Of a DNA stretch of 33,981 nt, positions 10,075 through 19,006 are shown one piece after another (the stretch's first letter is position 1; each line of letters opens with the position of its first letter). The stretch covers positions 1-33,981 of the forward strand of contig JBFMGU010000109.1 in assembly GCA_040752415.1 (NCBI GenBank), written 5' to 3'. The notes under the pieces were generated by a model that worked only from the letters and a program-made list of their open reading frames with translations, had not been told where the DNA came from and did no database searches. Both the position numbers and the translations under genes were made by a program. The stretch is from Myxococcota bacterium. Lineage in GTDB: Bacteria > Myxococcota > JACRCW01.

Positions 10075-11142
10075 TCAACGCTTCCGTCGTGAGACGGCCA
10101 GCGCACCCAGCCACTCCTGCATCATGGTGACCGCGGTGAGCGCGGTGATGCCGCTGGGATCGAAATCCGGCGCCACCTCGACGAGATCCATGCCCACCAG
10201 CTCCAGTCGGGCGAGCGCGCGCAGGATCACCTGGCACTCGTACGTGTCCAGGCCGCCCGGGACCGGGGTGCCGGTGCCCGGTGCGCAGGAGGGGTCCATC
10301 CCGTCGATGTCGAAGCTCACGTAGACCGGTTTTCCGGCCAGACGCTTCAGCCTCTCCCCGACGTGACGCGCGCCCCGCTCCCGCACCTCGTCGACGGTGA
10401 TGACCTCGAAGCCGTGGCGGTGGGCAAAGTCCTCGTCGTCGGCGCCGGCCAGCGGACCGCGGATGCCGACCTGGATGATGTCCCTCGGCTCCGCCAGGCC
10501 CTCCTCCACGATGTGACGGAACGGCGTCCCGTGATGGAAGTCCACGCCCCACGACGGAGGATACGTGTCCATGTGCGCGTCAAAGTGCACCATGGCCAGC
10601 TTGCGCCCACCCAGCAGCGACGCGCCCGCGTACGCGCGCAGGATGGGGAGCGTCACGGAATGGTCGCCGCCGACGGAGAGGGGAATGGCGCCCGCGGCCA
10701 GCACCTCCCGGATGCGCGCGGTGATGTTGTGCAGCGTCTTCGCCATGTCGATGGGGATGGCGGCGACGTCGCCCGCGTCGCAGAGGCACAGCTCCTGGAA
10801 GATGTCCGCGCGCGTCCCCGTCTGGAATCCGCGACCCATGCAACTGGCCGCGCGCACCGCGCGAGGAGCGAAACGCGCGCCGGGGCGGTAGGACGTGCCT
10901 CCGTCGAAGGGAATGCCCAGGATGGCGACGTCCGCGCCTTTCACCTGTTCCCAGTGGGGAAGACGGAAGAACGTGGGGATGCCCGCAAAGCGCGGCAGCA
11001 CCCGGCCGGGGATGGGCTTGAATTCCGGTGGGGATTGCTGCGCCAGCGACGAGACACAGGCGTGGCAGATCGCGCTCCCGTCGCGGCCGGCGTGCAGCGC
11101 GGTGCCTTCAACGGTCTTGCCGCAGAATGAGCAGGTGGTCAT
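10075..11142 (-). CDS. speB: Agmatinase (ureohydrolase) with an N-terminal ClpX C4-type zinc finger
   Basis: GIPFDGGTSYRPGARFAP, GGDHSVT, DAHMD, HGTPF, SFDIDGMDPSCAPGTGTPVPGG, DLVEVAP; N-terminus CSFCGK...AG...AICHACV. Confidence 0.85.
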   Translation of the reverse strand: MTTCSFCGKTVEGTALHAGRDGSAICHACVSSLAQQSPPEFKPIPGRVLPRFAGIPTFFRLPHWEQVKGADVAILGIPFDGGTSYRPGARFAPRAVRAASCMGRGFQTGTRADIFQELCLCDAGDVAAIPIDMAKTLHNITARIREVLAAGAIPLSVGGDHSVTLPILRAYAGASLLGGRKLAMVHFDAHMDTYPPSWGVDFHHGTPFRHIVEEGLAEPRDIIQVGIRGPLAGADDEDFAHRHGFEVITVDEVRERGARHVGERLKRLAGKPVYVSFDIDGMDPSCAPGTGTPVPGGLDTYECQVILRALARLELVGMDLVEVAPDFDPSGITALTAVTMMQEWLGALAVSRRKR

Positions 11143-11160
11143 GGGCACGTCCTCACGCCG

Positions 11161-12495
11161 TCAGCCACGACGGACCTGGTCCTGACCATCCTCTATCACC
11201 GCGGAGATGTTCTCGCGCTGCGTGCTGGACATGTCGCGCATCTTCACCAGCCCGCCAAAGAGCTTGCGCATGCGCGGGTCGCCCACCGCGGCGCGGGCGG
11301 TGGCGCTGAAATACGCCTTGGTCTCGATGGAGAACGTGGCCTTCTGGATGAGCACCAACAGGCCAAAGAGCACCATGACGAGTCGCAGCGCCCAGACGCC
11401 CCATTCCACCGTGGGCTCACGCTCCGCCATCTGGTGCAGGATCTTGACCCGCGCGCTGAAGCCCTCCGCCACCTCGATGTTCACGCGCGCCCGACGAGCC
11501 AGCACCTGCTCCGGCAACGTCTCGATGTCCGCGCGCTCCGCGAGCAAGGCCTTGCGCTCCTGCTCGTGCGTGGTGCGCAACGCCGTCACCGCCTGCTGGT
11601 AGGCCAGCTCTCCCGCCTGCGCGCGGCCCTGCGCTTCCTCGCGAAGGCCCTTGAGCTCGTCGTTGTGCGTGGTGGTGAGGAGCGTGAGCTGCTTGTTGAG
11701 CGTGTCCAGCTGACCTTCCAGGCTGCGGTAGCGCTTGCCCCGCCCGGCGGTGCCGCTGCGTCGACCCTCATCCTCCGCCTGCATGGCCGCCATCACGCCG
11801 GCAATCTGCTTCTCCAGCGCCTCAATCCGCGGCGTCACCGACGAGACGGTGGGCGGCTCATACGCGCGCTGAGGTCCGTACTGCGCCTCCAATCGCTCCA
11901 GGTCCTTGTCCAGCTTGCCGTCGAGGGCGGCGATGAGCCCGTCAATGTTCCCCCGCAGGACGTCCTGCGCGCGGGCCACCTGCGCGGCGCGGTCCTTGTC
12001 GATGACCTTCTGGATCTCCTCTCCGTACAGGAACAGCTCCAGCGGGACCGCGGTCACGAGGGAGGCGAGCAGCACAAAGCCCATGCGGAACCACACCGCG
12101 CTGTTGCGAAGGAGCCCGGTGAGCGACACGTCCGCGACGAGAACGCTGCGCTCGAAGATGGCGATGGTGGCGGCAAACAGCGTGGCAAAGACGAGCGCGA
12201 GCGGGTAGCCCACGACGGGACCGAACCCCGGGACGAAGATGAGGCGCATGCCCAGGAACCACGCCATGAGGTCAATGGCGGCCTGGATGAGGACGAGCAT
12301 GCCGGCAAAGGCCACGTCGGCGCGGACGCGGCGGGGCATCTCCCCGCGGAAGCCGTAGACGTTGAGCATGGCCACCGCGAGGAAGCGGTCCATGTAGGTG
12401 GCGTCGTGATCCGGCGCGTGGGCGGGCAGATCCTGGACCACCTTGAGGGGCGCACCGCTGCGCGAGCCACCGCCCTCCGCCGGTTCCTGCGTCAT
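11161..12495 (-). CDS. DUF4407-like membrane protein with a long coiled coil
   Basis: Three N-terminal hydrophobic helices, PLELFLYGEEI, a coiled coil containing GTAGRGKRY, and a C-terminal TM helix. Alternative start at 12513. Confidence 0.65.
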   Translation of the reverse strand: MTQEPAEGGGSRSGAPLKVVQDLPAHAPDHDATYMDRFLAVAMLNVYGFRGEMPRRVRADVAFAGMLVLIQAAIDLMAWFLGMRLIFVPGFGPVVGYPLALVFATLFAATIAIFERSVLVADVSLTGLLRNSAVWFRMGFVLLASLVTAVPLELFLYGEEIQKVIDKDRAAQVARAQDVLRGNIDGLIAALDGKLDKDLERLEAQYGPQRAYEPPTVSSVTPRIEALEKQIAGVMAAMQAEDEGRRSGTAGRGKRYRSLEGQLDTLNKQLTLLTTTHNDELKGLREEAQGRAQAGELAYQQAVTALRTTHEQERKALLAERADIETLPEQVLARRARVNIEVAEGFSARVKILHQMAEREPTVEWGVWALRLVMVLFGLLVLIQKATFSIETKAYFSATARAAVGDPRMRKLFGGLVKMRDMSSTQRENISAVIEDGQDQVRRG

Positions 12496-12672
12496 CGTTC
12501 CGTCCTTCCGCATGGGGCCATTGTAGGCGCTGCGCCGCCATGTATCGAACGGCGCAAGACGCGCAGGTGGGACCCCATGCCGTCATGGACCATCGGGGTG
12601 AGCCCCGGGTTCCCGCATGGTGGGCGGCTTGACCCTGGCGTGGACCGCCCAAACGTGGCACGTGCCTGAGGC

Positions 12673-14370
12673 ATGCAATGGGTCCTGCTGGTCCGCCACC
12701 ACGCACCCCTGGGAACGTCGCAGGAGGCGTTGCAGCGCGCGTTCCACCATGCCTGGCAGCCCAGCCTCGAGGCGCTGCGCACGGAGCCCCTGGTGCGCGC
12801 GGCGGTGCATCACAACGGCGTGGCCTTGGAGTGGCTCGCGGAGCACCAGCGCGACTACCTGGTGGAGCTGCGCGGGATGGTGGAGGCGGGACAGGTGGAG
12901 CTGCTGGGGGGCGGATTCCACGCGCCGTCGCTGGGCAACATCCCGGAGCGCGACGCGCAGGGCCAGGTGGAGATGATGGCCCGGTACTGCGAGTCCAAGC
13001 TGGGCGCTGCGCCGCGGGGCGTGCTGGTCTCGTCGGGAAGCTGGGATGCGGACCTGCCGCGCGTGCTGCTGCCCACCGGGATGCGCTTCGCGGTTCTCGA
13101 CGACGGACCGCTCCCGGGCATGGAAGGTGAGGCCTGCGGTCCGTGGCTCCTGGAGCGACACGGCCACCCGCTCTCCGTGCTCTGTCCGAGCAGACAGGTG
13201 CAGACCGCGCGCGGCAACAGCGTGGACACGTTCTGGCGCGTGCTCGAGGACACGCTGCGCCATGCGCGCGGCCCGGTGCTCACGGTCCTCGACGGAGAAG
13301 TGCTGGCGCACCACGGCGCGGGATGGTTGCCGGCGGTGTTGCAGCGGGCGGTGCAGCACGTGGCCACGCGTCTGCCCGGCGAAGTGGTCGACGGAGATGC
13401 GCCACGTGGCCGCGTGGGGTCGGATGCGCGCACGGCGGCGTTGCGTCGACGGATGTTGCGGGTGAGCACGCGGCTGCACGACGCGGTACAGGCCCGGCAG
13501 AGGGGCGCGTTGCCCGCGGCTCCGTCGGTGGATGACCGGTTGGCGACGGCGCAGCGGCTCCTGTACGCGGCGCAGGCGCGGGATGTGCTTGGTTTCTCGT
13601 CGGGGGCGCAGGCCCGACGGGCGGCGCGCGCGTCCCTGCTCTCCAGCGAGCTGATCCTCGACGACATCGCGCACGGGGGGCCGCCACCCGCCGTTCTCGT
13701 CGAGCAGGTGGACGTGGACGCGGATCACCACCCCGAGATCCTGCTCACCACGCGAAAGGTGCACGCCTGGGTGGCTCCAGCCAGCGGCGGCGCGCTCCTC
13801 ACCTTCGATCACCGCACGCGCGGGCTGTCCCTGCTGGAGGGGCCGTCCTTCCTGGACCGCTTCCTCTCCGCCGACGTCAACGTGGATGACCTCCCGCGCA
13901 CGCCCGCGACGACGGACCTGGGCGCCGCGCGCTACCACCTCGTCGAGCACGAGACGTGGGAGGGCCACGCGCAGCCCGTGGTGGAGGTGGGCCTGGCCGC
14001 GCAGACCGAGGTGGCGGGGCAACGTGTGGTGCTGGAGAAGCGCTACGTTGTCACCGCGGAGGCCACCGCCGTGCAGGTGAGCTGGGTGGTGGGCAATGAG
14101 TCGGACGCGCCGTTGCGTTGCGTGCTGGCGCCGTGGATCCACGTGGGGCTGGTTTCTCCCTCGGCGCGGCGGGGCCTGGAGCCGGGAAACGAGGTGACCG
14201 TGGAGGAGCCCGACGTGGGCAGGCTGGTGCTCGAGGTGGAGCACGGCGCGGGCATCCACGTGCAGCCCCTGGGCGAGGATGGCGTGGTGCTGAGGCCCAT
14301 CTTCCGGTTGGACCTGGCGCCGGGGGCCAGCGCGATCCTCGGCGCCGTGCTCGGCCTGGAAGAGGTGTGA
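12673..14370 (+). CDS. Divergent GH57 amylase/4-alpha-glucanotransferase-like protein with a C-terminal beta domain
   Basis: GQVELLGGGFHAPSL..IPERD..GQ, LDGE, VDVDADHHPEIL, SFLDRFL, LEKRY; catalytic region altered. Confidence 0.7.
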   Translation: MQWVLLVRHHAPLGTSQEALQRAFHHAWQPSLEALRTEPLVRAAVHHNGVALEWLAEHQRDYLVELRGMVEAGQVELLGGGFHAPSLGNIPERDAQGQVEMMARYCESKLGAAPRGVLVSSGSWDADLPRVLLPTGMRFAVLDDGPLPGMEGEACGPWLLERHGHPLSVLCPSRQVQTARGNSVDTFWRVLEDTLRHARGPVLTVLDGEVLAHHGAGWLPAVLQRAVQHVATRLPGEVVDGDAPRGRVGSDARTAALRRRMLRVSTRLHDAVQARQRGALPAAPSVDDRLATAQRLLYAAQARDVLGFSSGAQARRAARASLLSSELILDDIAHGGPPPAVLVEQVDVDADHHPEILLTTRKVHAWVAPASGGALLTFDHRTRGLSLLEGPSFLDRFLSADVNVDDLPRTPATTDLGAARYHLVEHETWEGHAQPVVEVGLAAQTEVAGQRVVLEKRYVVTAEATAVQVSWVVGNESDAPLRCVLAPWIHVGLVSPSARRGLEPGNEVTVEEPDVGRLVLEVEHGAGIHVQPLGEDGVVLRPIFRLDLAPGASAILGAVLGLEEV

Positions 14371-14418
14371 TCCCTGGCGGATGTCCGAGCACCGGCCGGG
14401 CCTGCTACATTGTAGGAC

Positions 14419-17130
14419 ATGGATTTCATGCCGAGCTTCCGGCGCGCGTTCGCCGTGTCCATGATGTCATGCGTGTTGACGATGTGGGGCTGCACCACCT
14501 CCTCGGTGGGGACCGAAGGCTCCTGCAACTCCGACGAGGAATGCCCCAGCGGACAGGCCTGCTTTGACAGCAGCTGCCATGCGCGGTGCAGCGCCGCCTC
14601 AGACTGTCCGTCTGACCAGGGGTGCCGCGCGGGCATCTGCACCGTGGACACGGGCGGAAACGGATCGGGCAGCGGGTCTTCCGGGGCCAGCGGCAGCGGA
14701 TCCACCAGCTCGTCGTCGGGTGACATCTCCGGGGAGAGCTCCTCCAACGGCGGCTCCGGGACCTCGTCGTCGGGCGCGGTCAGCGGCTCGTCCAGCTCGT
14801 CCAGCTCGTCGTCATCGTCCAGCTCGTCGTCGTCATCCTCGTCGTCGTCGTCTTCATCGTCGGGAGCGGCGTCGTCATCGTCGAGCGCGTCGTCGTCCTC
14901 GTCCTCCAGCTCGTCGTCCTCGAGCGCGTCGTCGTCCTCCTCGTCGAGCACCTCCGGTTCCGGTGGCGCCTGCGCGGGGGAGGTGTGTGGCGCGGATTGC
15001 TGCACCGGCGGCGAGGTGTGTCGCTTTGGCGCGTGCACCACCACCAACGGCGCGTGCGCCACCGACGACCAGTGCCAGTCCGACCACTACTGCGCCTCCG
15101 GCGCGTGCGTGCCCTATGGCTTCCCCGCCGGCCACGAGACGAACGAGGACTGCACCACCGTCCTGGACGTGCAGGCCATCTCGCCCGCGGTGCAGTGTCG
15201 CTGGGAGGGCCCGCCCGCCGGCGACGCCGCGCCCACCTCGTACCAGGTCATGAGCACGCCGGTGGTGGTGGACTTCAACCTGGACAACGACCCCGCCACG
15301 CTCTCTCCGTCCATCGTGTTCAGCAGCTTCGTGGGCAGCGCGTACACCGGCCAGGGAATCCTGCGCGTCATCAGCGGCACCGACTGCGCGCAGCAGGTCA
15401 CGTTCCATGGCGCCGAGAATGAGACGATGCCACCGGCTTCTCCCGCCGTGGGAGACCTGGATGGCGACGGGCACGCGGAGATTGTGGCGGTGGCCCGCGG
15501 CGGTGGCTTGTTGGCCTTCCGCTACGACGGGAATACCTGGAGCCGCGCGTGGCGCTCGGGCGTGTGCGGTGCGCCGTTCGTGCCGGACTACACCGGCGGC
15601 GCCAACAACAACAGCTGGGCCGGTCCCTCCATCCACGACCTGGATGACGATGGAGTCCCGGAGATCCTCTGGGGTCGCACGGTCTACGACCGCAACGGCT
15701 GCATCCGGAACGTCTCCGCCGTGGCCGCCTGCCCGCACGACGCCACGCTGAGCTGCGGTCCGTTCCCGCGCATCCACCAGGGCTTGATGCCGGTGATCGC
15801 CGACATCGACGAGGACGGCCTCCCCGAGGTGGTGCATGGTCAGGACACCAACAACGCGAACACGGACCTCGGTGTGTTTGCCTGGGACCCGGTGGCGCAG
15901 AACCTGGTGCTGGAGTCGTACTTCCAGACCCCGCAGACCGCGTCGCTGGGCCACGTGGCGGTGGCGGACCTGGGCAACTACCCGCTGGCGAGCCAAGGCG
16001 GTGCGGATCGCGCGGAGATCGTCGTGGTGCGGCTGAGCACGGTGAAGGCGTACACCATCGAAGGCACACTGATCTTCAGCTCGCAGATTCCCAACGATCC
16101 TCCGCCCGGCGAGTCACAGACGTACAAGAATGCCGGTGGCGCGCCGACAGTGGCGGACTTTGACGGCGACGGGCGCGTGGAGTTCGCCAGTGCGGGCGGT
16201 ACCTACTACGCCGTGTTCGACATGGACTGCGTCTCCGGTGGCAACGCGGCCAACTGCGCGTCCGGTCGCACCGACGGCGTGTTGTGGACGCAGCCCTCCC
16301 AGGATCAGTCCTCCAACGCCACGGGTTCGTCGGTGTTTGACTTTGACGCCGACGGTAAAGCGGAGGTCATCTACGCGGATGAGTGCTTCCTGCGCATCTA
16401 CGACGGCACCAATGGCACGGTGCTCTACAGCGCGGCGCGCTCCTCCGGTACCACCTACGAGAACCCCGTCATCGTCGACGTGGACGGTGACTTCCACACC
16501 GAGATTGTCAGCAGCGTCAACGACTACGCCAACCTGGGTTGCCCGGCCACCGACCCGCTCATGCCGTCGTCGTCGTACGAGGGAAAGCACGGCATCGTGG
16601 TGTTGCGCGACGGGTTGGACCGTTGGGCGTCGTCGCGGCCGGTGTGGAACCAGCACGCGTACTCGGTCACGCACGTGAGCGACCTGGGCAGCGTCCCGCG
16701 TTCCAGCCAGGTGGCGCGCAACTGGGAGGACCCGGAGCTGAACAACTTCCGCATGAACGTGCAGGGAGACCTGCTGGCCACTGGTATTGCCGACGTCACC
16801 GCCCGCGACGGCGCCGAGGGGCCCACCGGCGCACCCTGCAACAACGGCCAGGCGCTCATCCGCGCGCAGATCTGCAACCGCGGCCTCCTGCCGCTGGGCG
16901 CGGGTCTGCAGGTGGCAATGCGCGCGGAGTCGGTGAATGGCACGGAGGTGTGTCGCGCCACGCTGGCCAACACCATTGGCGTGGGGGCGTGTGGGGAGGT
17001 GAGCTGCTCCGGGACGCTGCCGTACGCGCTCGTCGACGTGTACGTGGTGGCGGACCCGGATGGCACCACCGGCGAGTGCCTGGAGGGCAACAACACCGCC
17101 GTGCTGGACCGCGTGTTCTGCGGAGACTGA
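14419..17130 (+). CDS. FG-GAP/VCBS-repeat Cys-rich lipoprotein with a poly-Ser linker
   Basis: Lipobox-like MWGC, Cys-rich modules, repeated DLDGDGHAEI / DLDDDGVPEI / DFDGDGRVE / FDFDADGKAEV / DVDGDFHTEI, WNQHAYSVT, and a CARDB-like end (ECLEGNN). Confidence 0.85.
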   Translation: MDFMPSFRRAFAVSMMSCVLTMWGCTTSSVGTEGSCNSDEECPSGQACFDSSCHARCSAASDCPSDQGCRAGICTVDTGGNGSGSGSSGASGSGSTSSSSGDISGESSSNGGSGTSSSGAVSGSSSSSSSSSSSSSSSSSSSSSSSSSGAASSSSSASSSSSSSSSSSSASSSSSSSTSGSGGACAGEVCGADCCTGGEVCRFGACTTTNGACATDDQCQSDHYCASGACVPYGFPAGHETNEDCTTVLDVQAISPAVQCRWEGPPAGDAAPTSYQVMSTPVVVDFNLDNDPATLSPSIVFSSFVGSAYTGQGILRVISGTDCAQQVTFHGAENETMPPASPAVGDLDGDGHAEIVAVARGGGLLAFRYDGNTWSRAWRSGVCGAPFVPDYTGGANNNSWAGPSIHDLDDDGVPEILWGRTVYDRNGCIRNVSAVAACPHDATLSCGPFPRIHQGLMPVIADIDEDGLPEVVHGQDTNNANTDLGVFAWDPVAQNLVLESYFQTPQTASLGHVAVADLGNYPLASQGGADRAEIVVVRLSTVKAYTIEGTLIFSSQIPNDPPPGESQTYKNAGGAPTVADFDGDGRVEFASAGGTYYAVFDMDCVSGGNAANCASGRTDGVLWTQPSQDQSSNATGSSVFDFDADGKAEVIYADECFLRIYDGTNGTVLYSAARSSGTTYENPVIVDVDGDFHTEIVSSVNDYANLGCPATDPLMPSSSYEGKHGIVVLRDGLDRWASSRPVWNQHAYSVTHVSDLGSVPRSSQVARNWEDPELNNFRMNVQGDLLATGIADVTARDGAEGPTGAPCNNGQALIRAQICNRGLLPLGAGLQVAMRAESVNGTEVCRATLANTIGVGACGEVSCSGTLPYALVDVYVVADPDGTTGECLEGNNTAVLDRVFCGD
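14657..14966 (+). repeat. Low-complexity (TCG/TCC/AGC)n tract encoding a Gly/Ser and poly-Ser linker
   Basis: Runs such as tcgtcgtcatcgtccagctcgtcgtcg translate to long Ser runs in the 14419 ORF. Confidence 0.85.
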
Positions 17131-17173
17131 TTCAACGGGGGCGCGTCCTGACCGCCGTCTCGAGCAGATTCGC

Positions 17174-18307
17174 TCAGTTGTGCGCGTAGCCCACGGCGTA
17201 GAGATACGTCTCGAACATCATCAGCGCGGTGCACGCGACCACGGCGATGCGGAAGCGCTTCCCCTCGAGAAGCTTTGCCGCGGAGAGCAGCAGCGGGACG
17301 TTGTTGGACTGGAAACGGATCATGCTCGCGAGCGTGCCCGTGGAGATGGGCAGCAGGATCAGGAATGCGTTGGCGAGGGAGACCCAGATGGGCATGCGTC
17401 GCAGCGCCATCACCGCGACGACGATGGCCGTGATGGACACGAGGTAGTAGTCGGGGTCGTGGTCAAAGGCGAGGAATGCCTTGAACGGACCCAGCACGCT
17501 GGTGTGACGGTTCCACCACTTCTGGATGTGCATCCACGCCAGCGGGTCACCATGGCGCTGCCAGCAGAACAGTGAGTACGCGACGATGCCGCCGGTGGAG
17601 AGCGCCGCGCCGACGAGCCGCTCGAACGCGACGCGCACGTCACGACGGTGTTCCCACGCGGACCACAGCAGCACCAGCGTGACGACGAGACCCGTGGAGC
17701 GCGTGGCGGACGCGAGCGCTCCGGCGAGCCCGGCGGAGAGCGGTCGGTTCTCGAGAGAGAGCAGCAGCGCCAACGTGGTGAACATGGCGAACTGCGCTTC
17801 CGTGTACGGATAGGACAGGAAGCCCGCGCCCGGTGCGCACAGGAACAGCATGGCGGCACGCAGGCCCAGCTCCTCGGAGAAATGCCGGCGACCGAGGAGG
17901 AGGATGAGCAACGCCGCGAGCAGCGCTTCCACGTGGGAGAGGATGAACGCCGCGATGAACGTGTCGCCGACGACGTTCTCGAGCAGGCTGACGGCGTACG
18001 GGTAGGCCGGGAAGAAGGCGATGTCCCAGACGGGGCCCTCGCGCGGCGGCGTGTAACCCTCCCGCGCCAGGCCGATGTAGAGGATGGCGTCCCAGCGCAC
18101 CGTCGGCTCGAGCAGCGGGTGGGGTGGCGTTCCCGTCGAGAGGAACTTGTTGCCGGGGGCCCACGCGTCCTTGAACCGGTCAATGGCGTTGGCGCCGCCC
18201 ACCTGCGCCACCGCGAGCACGATGAGTCGGGTGACGAGGAACCACGCGACGACGACGCGCAGCGAGCGCGCCCGTGACGCCGGGTTGGTGGCGGCCACCT
18301 CTGCCAT
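17174..18307 (-). CDS. GT-C fold mannosyltransferase (PIG-V-like) membrane protein
   Basis: RWDAILYIGLAREGY, AFFPAYP, FLSYPYTEAQF, LASATRSTG, HGDPLAW; many TM helices. Confidence 0.82.
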   Translation of the reverse strand: MAEVAATNPASRARSLRVVVAWFLVTRLIVLAVAQVGGANAIDRFKDAWAPGNKFLSTGTPPHPLLEPTVRWDAILYIGLAREGYTPPREGPVWDIAFFPAYPYAVSLLENVVGDTFIAAFILSHVEALLAALLILLLGRRHFSEELGLRAAMLFLCAPGAGFLSYPYTEAQFAMFTTLALLLSLENRPLSAGLAGALASATRSTGLVVTLVLLWSAWEHRRDVRVAFERLVGAALSTGGIVAYSLFCWQRHGDPLAWMHIQKWWNRHTSVLGPFKAFLAFDHDPDYYLVSITAIVVAVMALRRMPIWVSLANAFLILLPISTGTLASMIRFQSNNVPLLLSAAKLLEGKRFRIAVVACTALMMFETYLYAVGYAHN

Positions 18308-18358
18308 GACGACGGCTTTGGGACCTGCGCGGGGGTGGCGTCAAGCGCGGGTGGATGC

Positions 18359-18862
18359 TCAGCGGCCGACGGTGCGCACCATCTTCACAAGCTCCCGGAC
18401 GACGTCAGGCTTCTGCTTGAGCGCGGGAAACGCGGGCATCTCCGCGCTCAGGCCCAACGCCGGTCCCCCCTCGAGGATGACCTTGGCAATCTGCTCGTCG
18501 GTGGTGCGGCGTTGCCACTCGTCATCCTGCCAGTTCCGCGGGCGGACCTTGAGGAGCACGGCCATGGGTCCCGCGCCGGAGCCGTCGTTGCCGTGGCACT
18601 GCACGCACTGGCCCACAAAGATGTTTCGCGCTTCCGCCAGCGCCGCCCCGGTCACTGCCTCGGGCTCACCCTTCTTCGGCGTCCCAGGCACGGACCCCGC
18701 TGGCACCTGCGGACGTTCCTGCTGACCCTTCTCGACGCCGGAAGGCGGTGGCAGCGGCCGGACCTTCTCTCCCGCCGGGGGTTGCGTCTCGCCCTGGACC
18801 ATGCCCGCCGATATCCCGAGCACGACGAGAGTGGTGGCTCCTAGGATCAGCCGGATGCGCAT
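18359..18862 (-). CDS. Monoheme c-type cytochrome
   Basis: C-terminal part of the 691-aa track ORF: signal peptide MRIRLILGATTLVVLG, CVQCHGNDGSGAGP heme motif, PRNW, distal Met in EMPAF. Confidence 0.85.
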   Translation of the reverse strand: MRIRLILGATTLVVLGISAGMVQGETQPPAGEKVRPLPPPSGVEKGQQERPQVPAGSVPGTPKKGEPEAVTGAALAEARNIFVGQCVQCHGNDGSGAGPMAVLLKVRPRNWQDDEWQRRTTDEQIAKVILEGGPALGLSAEMPAFPALKQKPDVVRELVKMVRTVGR

Positions 18863-19006
18863 GACGGAGCTCCGCGGGTTGTGAAGGCCATGTAAGGACC
18901 ACGCAACGGCGCGGCAAACACGTTGTGGACCAACTGCGCCTCGGACGACGTCGACGTTGACACCAGGCCGGGCACGTCTTCTCATGCTCGCCGCGCGCGG
19001 GGACTC

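Noticed and set aside
14043..15062. Asp/Glu-rich 339-aa minus-strand ORF
   Set aside because: Antisense reading of the poly-Ser linker.
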